NCBI GenBank assembly: GCA_965116875.1
Contig: OZ220733.1
Location: 2,432,001-2,496,000 of the forward strand
Reading direction: 5' to 3'
Origin: Candidatus Latescibacterota bacterium
GTDB lineage: Bacteria > Latescibacterota > UBA2968 > GCA-2709665
Length of the DNA stretch: 64,000 nucleotides
Numbering within the stretch: the stretch's first letter is position 1; the number at the start of each line of letters is the position of its first letter. Of the stretch, positions 1 to 9,447 are shown piece after piece. Both the position numbers and the translations under genes were made by a program. Below the pieces are notes generated by a model. The model was not told the origin of the DNA. It did not search any database and saw only the letters and a program-made list of their open reading frames with translations.

Positions 1-47
1 GTCCCGTCCGACCAGGGATAATCGCCCTGCAACACCGCGACTTCAGT

Positions 48-1019
48 TTATATGTACCGTATATTCTTCCCGAGCATGGCAAGCGCTTCGCCCGAGGCGA
101 CCATCGGGCGTAACGACCGTGCCCAGAAAATGGAATCCTGGGGGGCGTAAACCGTCTCGAGTACACTGCCGAAGGGATCGGTCACGTCCGCAACGGGGTC
201 GCCCTTTTGCAGATGGTCGTACAGTGCGGCCCTGTACTCCAGAAAACCGCCCCGGGCGGCGAGGAGCGAAAGGAAGCCGTCCACGACAATCTGGCGAAGG
301 GGCGTCTGGACCCGGCCCTCGATAAACCCGTAGTGCTTCAGAATATTCTCCACCCCCGCCACGCCCTTCTCTATGCTGCCTTCATCCCATCCGACACAGC
401 CCCCCAGTTCCGGATCGATCGTCGGAATTCCTTCATCGGGGGCCGCCCGCGCCAGCTGTCCGTCCGGACCCCGGCAGTCCAAGATGTACCCAATACCAAA
501 AACGCGGGCCATTTCCAAACACGCCCGATGGATGCGTTTCCGCCGGTCCACCCTCACCCGGACTTCGTCGATCATGGGCCGGACACCGCCCTGGTGCAGA
601 TCGATACAGTAGTCCGCCTGTTTCACCGCACGATGGAAGAGTCGATACGCCACCCGCTCGCTCGACGTGCCCTCCTTGCGACCGGGAAAGCACCGGTTCA
701 TCTTCTTCCCGTCCACGGGATTCATGGACTCGCCGGCGTGAAACGCGTGGAGGTTCACGATCGGGGCTGCGATCAACCTGCCCTTCAGTACCGCCGGATC
801 CAGCCGCTTCAGCACCCGCCGGATCACCGCGATACCGTTCAGTTCGTCGCCGTCGCTCGCCGCCTGCATATACAGTGTGGGTCCCGGCTCGGCGCCGTTC
901 AGCAGCACGATTGGGAGGCGCACTGGGGAGTTATCCTGCATCTCACCTACCGTCAGATAGCCGTCCCGCCGCTGCCCCGGCTCGGCTTCGAGATGCTCCA
1001 CCTTGAGAATTTCGCCCAT
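48..1019 (-). CDS. Succinylglutamate desuccinylase/aspartoacylase (AstE/AspA, M14-like) family protein
   Basis: 323-aa ORF with GDELNG, MNRCFPG, IDLHQG and PELGG motifs and a C-terminal biotinyl-like hybrid domain. Confidence 0.85.
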   Translation of the reverse strand: MGEILKVEHLEAEPGQRRDGYLTVGEMQDNSPVRLPIVLLNGAEPGPTLYMQAASDGDELNGIAVIRRVLKRLDPAVLKGRLIAAPIVNLHAFHAGESMNPVDGKKMNRCFPGRKEGTSSERVAYRLFHRAVKQADYCIDLHQGGVRPMIDEVRVRVDRRKRIHRACLEMARVFGIGYILDCRGPDGQLARAAPDEGIPTIDPELGGCVGWDEGSIEKGVAGVENILKHYGFIEGRVQTPLRQIVVDGFLSLLAARGGFLEYRAALYDHLQKGDPVADVTDPFGSVLETVYAPQDSIFWARSLRPMVASGEALAMLGKNIRYI

Positions 1020-1132
1020 TCAGACCTCAGCTTCGATCACCGTTTGTCCTGATTCAACATTAAACATGCACGGTACCATCTGCATTTGTCAACAGAAAAG
1101 GGCCAAATCCGGACGTTTTCAACACGGTTACC

Positions 1133-1270
1133 GAGACCTTCCCCTTAACGCCCTTCCTGAAGGAAGAAGGAAAAAGAAGCCATTGCCCGGTAAGTTTTTC
1201 CTCCTTTCCTTCGGCACGAGAAGAAACCTCACAAGGCAGGCAATCTCTCCCCTCTCCCGTCTCACCGATT
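1133..1270. repeat. Purine/pyrimidine-skewed dispersed repeat (family C), copy 1
   Basis: TCTCTCCCCTCTCCCGTCTCACCGATT recurs at ~55447; 1170-1265 aligns with the reverse complement of ~23957-24058; CCTTCCTGAAGGAAG also occurs at ~49114. Confidence 0.7.
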
Positions 1271-1310
1271 TTTTGTTTTTATATTATCTTTGGACTATAT
1301 ATTATTTAAT

Positions 1311-1571
1311 ATGTGGACCATCGTCGAACATCGCAGTGTCGGCAGGCAGATCGAATCCATACCTGGCGCTACTCTCAAGCGTTACGAGACGTGGAAAGAC
1401 GTCGCAACCCTTTCCGGCCCGGAAGGCGTCTGTTCCATCGAGGGCTTTCGTGACGAGCCGCGTCCCGGGAAGAAGAAAGGACGGCGACAGTCCTGGCTGG
1501 ACGCCGGGTGGCGCGTTGTCTACAGGGTCAGAAAACGGGAAATCCGCGTGAGAGCCATACGCGGACAATGA
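1311..1571 (+). CDS. higB: RelE/HigB-family toxin, possibly degenerate
   Basis: MWTIVEH...LKRYETWKD...SGP.G...GFRDE...WRVVY resembles HigB/RelE mRNA interferases; lies directly upstream of an XRE HTH gene. Confidence 0.7.
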   Translation: MWTIVEHRSVGRQIESIPGATLKRYETWKDVATLSGPEGVCSIEGFRDEPRPGKKKGRRQSWLDAGWRVVYRVRKREIRVRAIRGQ

Positions 1572-1588
1572 TCACGGGAGATGACGAG

Positions 1589-1849
1589 ATGGGAAAGAAT
1601 CGCAAGGCGCCGAAGCGCGCGGCTGTCACCGTTGGAGAGTCGGTCCGCACAATCCGCGAACTTCAGAAACTCAGCCAGAACGAGCTCGCCAGGCGCACCG
1701 GCATCCCTCAGCCGACAATCTCCGCCATCGAAAACGGGCGCATCCGGCTTGGCGTTGAGCGCGCAAAGATGCTGGCGCGGGCGTTAACGTGTCATCCGGC
1801 CGTCCTGGTGTTCCCGGGTTGGGAGATCGAACGGGCTTCCGGCGCCTGA
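1589..1849 (+). CDS. higA: HigA-like XRE HTH antitoxin
   Basis: VGESVRTIRELQKLSQNELARRTGIPQPTISAIENGRIRLGVERAK...HPAVLVFPGW; toxin-first gene order. Confidence 0.8.
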   Translation: MGKNRKAPKRAAVTVGESVRTIRELQKLSQNELARRTGIPQPTISAIENGRIRLGVERAKMLARALTCHPAVLVFPGWEIERASGA

Positions 1850-1930
1850 TTCGGCTTCTCTGCCAAGAATCTGAAAAGCGTCGCAAGAGCGACCGTGCCC
1901 TTTTCCTTACCTTTCCGATGGAGGTCTGCC

Positions 1931-3703
1931 ATGAAGCGGATCGCAATCAAGGTCTTTGCCATTATCGGCGGCGTGGCCACGCTGTTCTTCCTCGTACTCG
2001 CCGCGGTTGCTATCGCACTGATCTACAAGGATGAAGAACAGGTTCCGCCGCTGACGGTGCTCGAAGTGAACCTGGAACGGAATATTCCCGAGCACGTGCC
2101 GCACGATCCGATTGCCGAAATCCTGTTTCCCGATGCGGTGACGGTACGGGATCTGGTCGAAGGCCTTCAACGGGCCGCTTCCGACGAGCGCGTCGTCGCG
2201 CTCCTGGCAAGGGTAGGGAACAGCGGCATGGGTCTCGCGCGGCTGCAGGAGGTGCGAGACGCCGTTCACGCCTTCGGCGAAAGCGGAAAGCCGGCGGTCG
2301 CTTACGCCGAGACGTTCGGCGAGTTCGGCCCGGGCAACGGCGCCTATTATCTTGCGACCGCTTTCGACGAGATCTATCTCCAGCCTTCCGGCGTGGTTGG
2401 GCTGACCGGCCTGATCGCCGAGACCCCCTTCATTCGCGGAATGCTGGAAAAACTCGGCGTGGTCCCGCGCCTGGATCATCGCAAGGAGTACAAGAACGCA
2501 AGGAATACCTTCACGGAACGCCAGTACACCCCCGCCCATAAAGAAGCGACGCAGGGAGTGATGGATTCGCAATTCGATCAACTCGTGCGTGGAATCGCGG
2601 ACAGGCGCGGGCTGTCCGCGGAGGCTGTCCGCAACCTGTTCGACCAGGGACCGTTTCTGTCGAAAGACGCGCTGGAGGCCGGGCTGGTGGACGGGCTGGC
2701 ATATCGGGACGAGGTGTACGAGCGCGTGAAGGATCAGGTCGACGCCGGGGCGAAATACCTGTCGCTTCGAAAATACATCAGAAGGCTGGAGGAGTCTCAG
2801 GAACAGGCGGGGACCGTTGCGCTGATCTACGGTGTTGGCGGCGTGACGCGCGGCAAGAGCGATTTCGATCCCGGGTCCGGCTCCACCACGATGGGATCGG
2901 ATACAGTCACCAGGGCCTTCCGGAATGCGGTCAACGACGACGAAGTCGAAGCGATCCTCTTTCGCGTCGACAGTCCGGGCGGGTCTTACGTCGCCTCGGA
3001 CGCGATATGGCGCGAGACCGTGCGTGCCCGGGAAGCGGGAAAACCGGTGGTCGTGTCCATGGGCGACGTAGCAGGCTCCGGCGGGTACTTCGTGGCCATG
3101 GCCGCGGACCGGATCGTGGCGCAGCCGGGCACGATTACCGGTTCGATCGGCGTGGTGGGGGGCAAAATGCTCACGTCCGGGCTGTGGGAGAAAACCGGGA
3201 TATCATGGGACGAAGTCCACACCAGCGCCCACTCCACCATGTGGACAGGCACCAAAGACTACTCGGAGGAAGAATGGACGCTGTTCCAGGAATGGCTGGA
3301 CACGGTGTACGAGGATTTCACCGACAAGGTGGCCGAGGGGCGTTCGCTGCCGAAGGAGCGTGTGCTCGATATTGCCAGGGGGCGGATCTGGACCGGGGAA
3401 GACGCCAGAAAGCTGGGGCTGCTGGATGAACTGGGCGGCTATAATACGGCGTTGAAACACGTTCGCGAAACCGCACATTTGTCGCCTGATGCCGAACTCC
3501 GGCTCAAGGTTTTTCCCAGGGCGAAATCCCCCTGGGAGTATCTCCTGGAACACGGCATTGTCCGCACCAGCGAATCCGCCGCCGCTTCCGCATTCGTACA
3601 GACCCTTCAAGAACTGCAACCGGTGGTCGCGTTCGCGAGACGCCTGGGTCTCATCCCCGCGCCCGGGGTGTTGACGATGCCGGAACTCGCGCCTTTCAGG
3701 TAG
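1931..3703 (+). CDS. sppA: Signal peptide peptidase SppA, long (67K) type
   Basis: N-terminal TM segment, two S49 domains, RVDSPGGS, SMGDVAGSGGY and TITGSIGV motifs; GGAGG RBS before ATG 1931. Confidence 0.93.
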   Translation: MKRIAIKVFAIIGGVATLFFLVLAAVAIALIYKDEEQVPPLTVLEVNLERNIPEHVPHDPIAEILFPDAVTVRDLVEGLQRAASDERVVALLARVGNSGMGLARLQEVRDAVHAFGESGKPAVAYAETFGEFGPGNGAYYLATAFDEIYLQPSGVVGLTGLIAETPFIRGMLEKLGVVPRLDHRKEYKNARNTFTERQYTPAHKEATQGVMDSQFDQLVRGIADRRGLSAEAVRNLFDQGPFLSKDALEAGLVDGLAYRDEVYERVKDQVDAGAKYLSLRKYIRRLEESQEQAGTVALIYGVGGVTRGKSDFDPGSGSTTMGSDTVTRAFRNAVNDDEVEAILFRVDSPGGSYVASDAIWRETVRAREAGKPVVVSMGDVAGSGGYFVAMAADRIVAQPGTITGSIGVVGGKMLTSGLWEKTGISWDEVHTSAHSTMWTGTKDYSEEEWTLFQEWLDTVYEDFTDKVAEGRSLPKERVLDIARGRIWTGEDARKLGLLDELGGYNTALKHVRETAHLSPDAELRLKVFPRAKSPWEYLLEHGIVRTSESAAASAFVQTLQELQPVVAFARRLGLIPAPGVLTMPELAPFR

Positions 3704-3737
3704 GGCCGATTTCGGGAACGAGAAATAGTCGCGGGGT

Positions 3738-3803
3738 CAACGGTCCGTTGAAAAAGTCCTTCTGCAGGCGAGGCCGGATGGACTTTTTCAAAGGGCTGTT
3801 AAG
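3738..3803 (-). mobile_element. MITE family A, internally deleted copy
   Basis: GTTGAAAAAGTC...GACTTTTTCAA inverted ends; its reverse complement matches both ends of the 5187-5354 element. Confidence 0.8.
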
Positions 3804-3915
3804 GTGAAATTGGACCATGACCGCACAAGGTGCTGGAACATTGGATTCGAAGGGGCAACCCCTGGAGTTGCCCGCCGGAGGATTGAAGAACATCCACAAA
3901 TTGGTTGATTGAACC

Positions 3916-3944
3916 TTGACGATTAATGCCAATTCGGCTACAAT
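3916..3944 (+). promoter_or_regulatory. Putative sigma70 promoter upstream of the R-M genes
   Basis: TTGACG-17 bp-TACAAT. Confidence 0.5.
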
Positions 3945-4225
3945 ACAAGAGTCCCGGTGTCGGACAGGCAAGGAAGGTTCGTTTAGAAAAAAACGATCGG
4001 CGTCAGTTGACGGGCTTTTGCCGATTTCCCAAGGCCCTGAGTAATTTATGCGGAAGCCTACTTTCGCTCAACGTGTCGCATTTTATGGCGTAGAACCTGG
4101 CTTGTAACATAGCTGGACTGCATTGTTTCCGACGTACGCGGCAAAACCTACCTGCTCTCACTCGAAACATCCGCACGGGGACTCGCCCACCTCCGATATA
4201 CCCCGATTGCAATTGAGGACAACAG

Positions 4226-5191
4226 ATGCAAGACCTGAAAAGGTATCTGCCAAAGGCCGTGCGTACCGAAGCAGATCTTGACCGGCTCATTCCCACGTTG
4301 GCCAAGTCAAGCTCTATAAACGCTATCGAGATGGCAGCAAGGAGAATCCCCACAAAGCACGTTCTCCATCTGGGGAATTCGACCCAGCTTGAATTCGCGG
4401 ATCGAGATGCCGTTCATCTGGCTGTGACGTCTCCGCCTTATTGGACCCTGAAGAGGTATCGTGACGGGAAGGGACAACTGGGTCACGTTGAGGACTACGA
4501 TCAATTCCTCGAACTGCTCGACTCCGTGTGGCGAAAAGTGCTTGAAGCGCTTGTCCCGGGCGGGCGACTGATTTGCGTTGTCGGAGACGTGTGTTTATCC
4601 CGTCGCAAGAACAGGGGTGAGCATACGTGTGTTCCTCTCCATTCGTCGATTCAGGAACGCTGCCGCCGCATGGGATACTCAAACCTTGCTCCGATCATTT
4701 GGCACAAAATCGCAAACGCTACCTATGAAGTAGACGGAAACTCCCGGTTCCTCGGCAAGCCGTATGAACCGAACGGCGTAATCAAGAACGATATTGAGTA
4801 CATTCTTATGCTCAGGAAACCCGGAGGTTACAGGAGACCTGGCAAAGCGGCTCGTCTGCTGAGCACAATTTCCGATGCCAACCACAAGCGATGGTTTCAG
4901 CAGATATGGCACGACGTGACAGGTGAGTCTACCAGGCAGCATCCGGCGCCGTATCCGCTTGAGTTGGCGACGAGACTGGTAAGGATGTTCAGCTTCGCGG
5001 GCGATACGGTTCTTGATCCATTTATGGGAACGGGCACAACGAATCTGGCTGCGGCCAATTGGGGCAGAAACAGTATCGGAATCGAACTGGACCCGCATTA
5101 TTGCGCCATGGCCGAACGCAGACTGAGAAACGCGGCTCAGGATATGTTTTCCGATATTGACGTGTCCGTCCGGAAACCCGTGTTGGCTTAG
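4226..5191 (+). CDS. Beta-class amino (probably N4-cytosine) DNA methyltransferase
   Basis: Catalytic motif IV VTSPPY in the N-terminal half; HPAPYP and motif I VLDPFMGTGTT C-terminal (N6_N4_Mtase order). Confidence 0.92.
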   Translation: MQDLKRYLPKAVRTEADLDRLIPTLAKSSSINAIEMAARRIPTKHVLHLGNSTQLEFADRDAVHLAVTSPPYWTLKRYRDGKGQLGHVEDYDQFLELLDSVWRKVLEALVPGGRLICVVGDVCLSRRKNRGEHTCVPLHSSIQERCRRMGYSNLAPIIWHKIANATYEVDGNSRFLGKPYEPNGVIKNDIEYILMLRKPGGYRRPGKAARLLSTISDANHKRWFQQIWHDVTGESTRQHPAPYPLELATRLVRMFSFAGDTVLDPFMGTGTTNLAAANWGRNSIGIELDPHYCAMAERRLRNAAQDMFSDIDVSVRKPVLA

Positions 5192-5354
5192 CAGCCCGTT
5201 GAAAAAGTCCATCCGGGCTGCGGCCGGCCCTTGCGGTCGAAAACCTGCGTTGCGCTCCCTCGCCGAATCGCAGGATGGGACTCGGTCGCGCGCCTTGTCT
5301 TCGACCACAATGGCTCGGACTCGCCTGCAGAGCGACTTTATCAACGGACTGTTG
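5187..5354 (+). mobile_element. MITE family A, longer copy between the MTase and REase genes
   Basis: Begins CTTAGCAGCCCGTTGAAAAAGTC, ends GACTTTATCAACGGACTGTTG (imperfect terminal IRs); overlaps the MTase TAG stop. Confidence 0.8.
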
Positions 5355-5371
5355 GTCCGCGGGGAAGAATC

Positions 5372-6184
5372 ATGTGTTCAGACTACAGTTCGCAGGCAGA
5401 CTATCTGAATGCCGTACAGGGCGACGCTGAGAAACGAAAACTGGATGTCGAGCAAGCCCTTTCCGAGGCGTTTTCCGATTTCATTGAAATACGCGAGACA
5501 AGCGTAATCCTCTTCTCATCAATGACCGCTTTAAACCTGGCTGAGGGTATTCTGCGATATCCGCTCGTACTCAAACCGTTGATAGCTGTCTGCAATATCG
5601 CGGCCAGGGCGATCGAAAGAGATCTCGGCATCAGAAATCTGAACACCTACGAGCCGCGACTGACGCGTGAATCCGCCAACGTAATCGCAGGTTACATAAA
5701 GCCGTTTCTGCCCCAATATCTGGAGATTCCATCACTGGGCACGGTTGATCGCGTCGCGTACGTAGACAAAGAAATCAGGAAGAATAAGGGAAACTGGGAA
5801 CGGAGAATATCGGACGAGCTCAAAAAGCGCGCAAAAAAGGCCTTCAGCAAACGCAAATTCACGGTCGGTGGAGAAACGTTCGAGCTTGACGTTGCCTTGC
5901 CCGGAACGGGCGACGTTGAGGTAGGAATTGACGTCAAGCGTATTGAGGCCCGTCGCGACATCCACAAGCGATGCGACGAAATAGTAAATAAAGCAAGAAA
6001 TCTCAAATCTGTTTTTCCAGATTCCAGTTTTGCTGCCGTCATTTACTATCCCTTCATAGATGAACACATAAACATCCAGCATCGACTGCATTCAGACGAA
6101 GTCGACTGTGTCGTGTTCGCATCCGATGGCGAGGATTCGATCCGAAACGCCATCTTGAACCTGATCCGGACGCTGAAGGTCTGA
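5372..6184 (+). CDS. Putative type II restriction endonuclease (PD-(D/E)xK fold)
   Basis: Follows the MTase; C-terminal FELDVALP...GIDVKR...DIHKRCDEIVNKA motif set; visibly AT-richer than the host. Confidence 0.7.
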   Translation: MCSDYSSQADYLNAVQGDAEKRKLDVEQALSEAFSDFIEIRETSVILFSSMTALNLAEGILRYPLVLKPLIAVCNIAARAIERDLGIRNLNTYEPRLTRESANVIAGYIKPFLPQYLEIPSLGTVDRVAYVDKEIRKNKGNWERRISDELKKRAKKAFSKRKFTVGGETFELDVALPGTGDVEVGIDVKRIEARRDIHKRCDEIVNKARNLKSVFPDSSFAAVIYYPFIDEHINIQHRLHSDEVDCVVFASDGEDSIRNAILNLIRTLKV

Positions 6185-6328
6185 GGGCAGTTCGTGAAAC
6201 CCCCGTCTCGCATTGGGACGGGCAATTTTGAATCGTTGGGATGTGGTAGAGTGAGGAAACCATCGGGAGCGAATTCGGCTGTCGTAGGGCAAATTGGATG
6301 AGTAGGAAAGCGAACGCGCGAGCTCGCA

Positions 6329-6367
6329 TCGGCAGCGCGCAGGACTGGCTGCCGGGTTTTTTTTATT
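6329..6367 (+). terminator. Putative intrinsic terminator downstream of the R-M pair
   Basis: CGGCAGC...GCTGCCG stem followed by a T8 tract. Confidence 0.5.
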
Positions 6368-6606
6368 CGGCCAGCGGCAATTGGGCCCGAATCATCGCCT
6401 GCTGATACTATCGTACCGCATGTCGGTTCGCCATCCGTGACTACAGAGGCTGAATATCGACGTCGTTGATATCGCCCCGTTACGGGCCGTTGTTGTTGGC
6501 CAACCGCTGGTTTTTCTTTGTGTCTTGGTGTCTTAGTGTGATGATTGGGTACGTGTACGACGAGGTTTTTGTCCTGGTTGATACATCGAGAAGAACGAGG
6601 ATTCCC

Positions 6607-7347
6607 ATGTCGCCCTGGAAGACCTATGACGACATCGCCGAGCAATACCGCGACTCGAAGCTGCTCCCGTTCCGTCACGCCGTAGAGCGTTATACGATTT
6701 TCCAGCTATTGGGCGGCCTGCGAGGGAAGACGGTACTGGACCTGGCGTGCGGGGAAGGGATCTATGCGCGTCAGTTCAAGCGCGCCGGCGCGTCAGCGGT
6801 GACGGGGGTCGACGTCTCGCCGGAGATGATCGCGCTGGCCGAGGCCGAGGAAGGTGCGAACCCAATCGGCTGTCGGTACGTGTGTCAGGACGCCGCCGTG
6901 TACGAACCGCCGGCGCCGGTGGATATTGTTACGGCCATCTATCTGCTCAACTACGCCCGGACGGCTAACGAACTGTCGTCCATCTGCCGCGCCTGTTTCC
7001 GCGCCCTGCATCCGGGCGGCCGTCTCGTGGGGTTCAACGACAACGTTCGCAACCCCCCTCTGCCCGATCGGTCGCTGGCGAAATACGGTTTGGAACGGAC
7101 CTGCCGTCATCCCTTGCACGAAGGCGACGTCATCCGCTATCGGATCACCAACTCCGACGGCCAGGTGTTCGAGTTCGACAATTTCTACTTGGCGCCCGCT
7201 ACCTATGAGCGGACGATGCGAGACAGCGGATTCGCCGACTTTCGCTGGGTCGACGCCTCCCTCGACCCGTCCGAGCCCGACGCTACATTTTGGGAGGAAT
7301 TCCTGGCGCAGAAACCGCTCGCCGCCTTCACCGCGACCAAACCATAG
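6607..7347 (+). CDS. Class I SAM-dependent small-molecule methyltransferase
   Basis: VLDLACGEG, GVDVSPEMI, YLLNYA and LHPGGRLV motifs. Confidence 0.88.
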   Translation: MSPWKTYDDIAEQYRDSKLLPFRHAVERYTIFQLLGGLRGKTVLDLACGEGIYARQFKRAGASAVTGVDVSPEMIALAEAEEGANPIGCRYVCQDAAVYEPPAPVDIVTAIYLLNYARTANELSSICRACFRALHPGGRLVGFNDNVRNPPLPDRSLAKYGLERTCRHPLHEGDVIRYRITNSDGQVFEFDNFYLAPATYERTMRDSGFADFRWVDASLDPSEPDATFWEEFLAQKPLAAFTATKP

Positions 7348-7547
7348 CAGCGAACGCTTGGACTGACATAAGCTACCCTGCTTGATGGAGTTCCAGGAAG
7401 AACCGCAAACAACGTTGAGGGAAAAGGCCCTGCGATGGATTCTGCAAGACAAATCGCATTGAACGCGGGGTCTCTCGAAAGCTAGGTTTACGTCCAACGA
7501 GACTGTACGTACGGCTAGTGATCAATTTCGTCCCGGACCTCAGAAAC

Positions 7548-8934
7548 GAGTTATATTCAAAAGTTGTGGATGAGATAAAAAAAGAGCGTATCCTTACGTG
7601 TCACCAAAAACTCGCGAGGCCCCTCGGACGAGGGAGAAAGGATACGCTCGATGAGACAATATACAGCCTCCGAAGTAGAGACGATAGTCAAAGATGAAGT
7701 GACGTTGAGCCTGGAAGCCCTGATCTGTGTTGGGGCCAGGCGGATGTTGCAAGCCGCGTTAGAGTTCGAAGTGGACGCCTACGTCGAGACCTTGCAAGAC
7801 GAGAGAGACGAACAGGGTCACCGGCAAGTGGTCAGGAATGGCGCTCACAAGCCGCGGGACCTGATCACGGGTGTGGGCCCCATACCGATCCGCCAGCCGC
7901 GTGTGCACGACCGCTGTGAGGGCAAAGCGTTTCGTTCTGCCATCTTGCCGCGATATATGCGTCGTGCGCCTTCGATCGATGCGTTGATTCCGGCGCTGTA
8001 TCTCAAGGGCGTGTCCAGCTCGCCGTTTCTTGAGGCCCTTGCCGCCATTCTGGGCGAGCAGGCCCCTGGATTGTCACCAGCCAACGTGGTTCGTCTCAAA
8101 CAGATTTGGGAACAGGAATATCAGGCGTGGCGTCATCGGGATCTTTCGGATAAACACTACGTGTATGTGTGGACTGATGGCATCTATTTCCAGGTGCGGC
8201 TGGAACCGGACCGTCCCTGTGTCTTAGTCCTCATCGGCGCCACCAGGGACGGCCGCAAGGAACTTTTGGCCATAGAAGACGGGCATCGAGAAAGCAAGCT
8301 GTCCTGGCAGGGCGTGCTGACGGACCTGAAAAGGCGAGGGTTGAAGGAAGCGCCCGCCCTGGCGATTGGCGATGGGGGTCTTGGGTTCTGGGCGGCACTG
8401 GAGGAAGTCTTCCCTCAAACACATCATCAGCGCTGCTGGGTGCATAAAAGTGCCAACGTGCTGGATAACTTCCCCAAGACGATCCAGGCGCAGGCCAAAG
8501 CGCGCCTCCACCAGATGTATCTGTCGCCCACCCGACAGGATGCCCTGAACGCTTACGAGGACTTCCTGTCCCTTTATGAAGCCAAATACCCAAAACGTGT
8601 GCGTGCCTGGAAAAAGACAAGGACGTGCTGTTCACGTTCTACGACTTCCCGGCTGCCCACTGGCGACACCTCCGGTCCACCAATCCCATCGAATCCACTT
8701 TCAGCACCGTTCGCCACCGCACACGACAGACCAAAGGATGCGGCTCCCGAAACGCCACGATGATGATGGTCTACAAACTGGCAGAACAAGCCCAAAAACA
8801 CTGGCGAAAACTACACGGTCACAAACTCGTTGAACTCGTCGTCCAGGCGTCGAATTCCAGGACGGAGACGTTAAAGCCGCTGCTTAATCCATCAGTATGC
8901 GCTCGCCATCATCCACAACATTTGACAATATCTC
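7548..8934 (+). mobile_element. IS256-family insertion sequence
   Basis: Left IR GAGTTATATTCAAAAGTTGTGGATG; right IR (reverse complement) GAGATATTGTCAAATGTTGTGGATG; encloses a mutator-type transposase; no target duplication visible. Confidence 0.9.
7651..8887 (+). pseudogene. IS256 transposase, split by two single-base deletions (~8596, ~8847)
   Basis: YVWTDGIY, LAIGDGGLGFW, QRCWVHK and LRSTNPIESTF motifs lie in two frames; restoring one G at each site gives KYPKACACLEKDK and VQGVEFQDG...AAA*. Confidence 0.85.
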
Positions 8935-9116
8935 TACGCGGCCTGGTATATGCAACTGTCAAGTTTGGCGTTATTCGCCAGACGGTATTTTTCGACATAG
9001 TACGGAGGATCGAATTCCCAGGTATCATTGTCACCGACTGTTGTGTTGCCTGCGTAACAACGCACATGGGTGAGAGCAACCAGGAGTATGGTAACCGCTT
9101 TTCGGACAATAGGCAC
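8934..9116 (-). pseudogene. 5' fragment of a putative secreted protein truncated by IS256
   Basis: Signal-peptide-like start MPIVRKAVTILLVALTHVRCYA; the TAG stop uses the last base of the IS right IR. Confidence 0.4.
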
Positions 9117-9447
9117 AAATGGATCCTTAAGCGGCCCTTGATGTTCCTATTCACAGGACCATCACTGGCTTGTACCTGCTTTCCATTATCCCAATCACGG
9201 TAATCAAACCTGACGATACCGCTAATTGTAAATACCTTCAGCACTGGGATTCAATCCGACAGAATAAGCAGGTTACCATTCTGTCAATCCGAGAGAAAGG
9301 TGGCATTACGGTCGTTCGAATGCGTCTCTTATCCGTTTATAACCTGTGACTTCAACAATCTTCGAAGTGGGAGATCAATTCGCCATTGTTCTTACGGTCA
9401 AATCCGAGCGAACGTCGGCGAAATATGTGCAATTATGGTTATCAGAA

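Noticed and set aside
5231-5371. 47-aa N-terminal extension of the REase, or a controller (C) protein
   Set aside because: This is read-through of the MITE sequence; no HTH C-protein ORF was found upstream of M or R
6505-6545. Short TGTCTT(G/A)G tandem (similar ACGAAA run near 28985-29020)
   Set aside because: Only 2-4 degenerate units of low complexity; too weak to call
8585-8625. Programmed ribosomal frameshift in the IS256 transposase
   Set aside because: Not known for IS256; single-base deletions explain both breaks, and a second break exists at ~8847
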